Source: Monoglobus pectinilyticus
GTDB taxonomy: Bacteria > Bacillota > Clostridia > Monoglobales > Monoglobaceae
Direction: 5' to 3'
Assembly (NCBI RefSeq): GCF_002874775.1
Contig: NZ_CP020991.1
Location: 2,106,451 to 2,146,450, forward strand
DNA: 40,000 bases
Both the position numbers and the translations under genes were made by a program. This document shows, one piece after another, positions 38,574-40,000 of the stretch; position 1 is the first letter of the stretch; the number at the start of each line of letters is the position of its first letter. Under the pieces are notes generated by a model that was given only the letters and a program-made list of their open reading frames with translations, searched no databases and had not been told where the DNA came from.

Positions 38574-40000
38574 ATGACGAAGAGCGAAAGCGGCGGAAAG
38601 GCAGTTAAGTCAATCAGTATTATGGCGGTGCTTATACTTCTTGCAAAATTTATGGGTCTGTTCAGAGAGATGCTTATTGCCGGGATTTATGGTCAGGGCT
38701 ATGCTTCCGATGTTATCAACAGCGCGACCCAAATTCCGCTTTTATTTTTTGATATGGTGCTGGGCGTGGCAATTTTATCCACCTTTGTTCCGATTTATAA
38801 CAAAAATTTAGAAAAGGTGGGAAAATCCGGCGCTGACGCTTTTGCTAATAATTTTATCACTATAGTGGGGGCTGTTGCAGTTCTTGCCGCAATTTTGGGG
38901 TCGGTATTTGCCCAGCCTATAGTTAAAATGATGGTGCCCGGCTATGCTGAAGTCCCGGGTAAGGTTGAAGAAACTGCCAGATTGCTTCGTGTCCTTTTTC
39001 CGTCTATAGCTTTCACTGCTATTGCCTATGTGGTTGTCGGAATTTTGCAGTCGCATGGTGAGTTCACTATTCCGTCCTTGATAAGCGTTGTATCAAACGG
39101 TGTTATGATAGCATATCTGCTTATATTTGGGGACAAGCTGGGGCTTATGGGCGTGGCTGTATCAATGCTGGCGGCGTGGGCTCTTCAATTGTTTTTCCAA
39201 ATTCCATGGCTGATTAAGACCGGATATAGGTATAAACCTCGGTGGAATATTAAAGATGGGAGCATGAAAGAGGTAGCGCTTTTGGCGCTTCCGGTTCTTA
39301 TAAGCTCCTGGGTTCAGCCGCTTTGCAACGTTATAAATATGTCGTTTGGTTCAAGTCTCGGAAACGGCGCTGTGTCCGCTCTAAACTGGGCAAACAAGAT
39401 ATATATTATAATGGTTGGAGTGTTTGCTTACGCGATAACGAATTTTATTTTTCCTAAGTTATCAAGGCTTAACGCTGATGACAATAATGAAGCCTTTGCG
39501 TCAACAACAAGAACGTCGGTCGGCTGGATAGTTTTTATAATCACTATAGTATCAGCCTTGTTTCTTGCACTTTCAAGCCCTATCATTAAAGTCGTATTTG
39601 AGCGCGGAGCGTTTACCGCTGAATCTACCGGTATAACTGCGTCTGCACTATTCTTTTACTCATTCGGAATGGTCGGTTACTCTATATGCGAGGTTTTGAA
39701 TAAGAGCTTTTACGCCATTCAGGACGGAAAGACGCCAATGTTCACATCAATTTTTGGGGTTGTAGTCAATATCGGGTGCGCCGCTTTATTTGTTCTAGTT
39801 TTTGATATAGGAATAGAAGGGCTGGCCCTGGCTAGCGCTATAAGCTCAACGGCAATCGCCGCAGCATTGCTTATAATGATAAACAAGAGGCGTGAAGGCG
39901 TGATAACAGGCACTTTTATGCTGAACCTGCTGAAAACTTTCATCTGCGGTGTGCTCGCGTTTATAACAGCCAAATATGTATTCCTTGCTGTCGACGGCGT
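38574..40000 (+). CDS. murJ: Lipid II flippase MurJ (MviN family), 5' portion; runs off the window
   Basis: ATG 38574 follows TGGAGA. MTKSESGGKAVKSISIMAVLILLAKFMGLFREMLIAGIYGQGYASDVINSATQIPLLFFDMVLG... is the canonical MurJ N-terminus. Polytopic, open to the window end, and visibly higher in GC than the prophage. Confidence 0.9.
   Translation, partial: MTKSESGGKAVKSISIMAVLILLAKFMGLFREMLIAGIYGQGYASDVINSATQIPLLFFDMVLGVAILSTFVPIYNKNLEKVGKSGADAFANNFITIVGAVAVLAAILGSVFAQPIVKMMVPGYAEVPGKVEETARLLRVLFPSIAFTAIAYVVVGILQSHGEFTIPSLISVVSNGVMIAYLLIFGDKLGLMGVAVSMLAAWALQLFFQIPWLIKTGYRYKPRWNIKDGSMKEVALLALPVLISSWVQPLCNVINMSFGSSLGNGAVSALNWANKIYIIMVGVFAYAITNFIFPKLSRLNADDNNEAFASTTRTSVGWIVFIITIVSALFLALSSPIIKVVFERGAFTAESTGITASALFFYSFGMVGYSICEVLNKSFYAIQDGKTPMFTSIFGVVVNIGCAALFVLVFDIGIEGLALASAISSTAIAAALLIMINKRREGVITGTFMLNLLKTFICGVLAFITAKYVFLAVDG

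Noticed and set aside
38808-39973. Two minus-strand ORFs (82 and 84 aa) in the track
   Set aside because: They lie antisense within the open murJ frame, which runs from 38574 to the window end. The track omitted murJ only because it has no stop in the window.

Overview
Low-GC Firmicute (Clostridia-like) DNA. Positions 1 to about 37.4 kb are the right-hand part of a PBSX/Xkd-type contractile-tailed prophage, read on the + strand. In order it carries: a late activator; an ATGA-coupled ParB-like/DpdA-like/YhhQ-like 7-deazaguanine DNA-modification trio; small and large terminase; portal; MuF with a toxin-like C-terminus and a small coupled downstream gene; scaffold, capsid and connectors; sheath and tube; a chaperone with a clear -1 frameshift signal; tape measure; an XkdP-to-XkdX-like baseplate; three candidate receptor-binding proteins; and an XhlA-holin-amidase lysis cassette. 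Two promoter/terminator-bounded morons interrupt the structural operon. From 32.2 to 37.4 kb the coding strand flips into a cargo island of minus-strand transcription units. Three of these units have near-consensus sigma-A promoters carrying an inverted repeat. The island includes a 33-aa hydrophobic peptide gene facing an antisense promoter (type I TA-like). It also includes an operon of an acidic 72-aa protein, an RHH-tailed 145-aa protein and two signal-less BspA-type LRR proteins. I consider that operon the best candidate for an undescribed system. The island abuts a host tRNA cluster (Gly-Arg-His-Gln-Lys, minus strand), a 0.65-kb AT-rich gap and the 5' part of murJ. All family assignments are motif recognition by eye. 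No searches or folding programs were run, and the prophage ends are not defined within the window.
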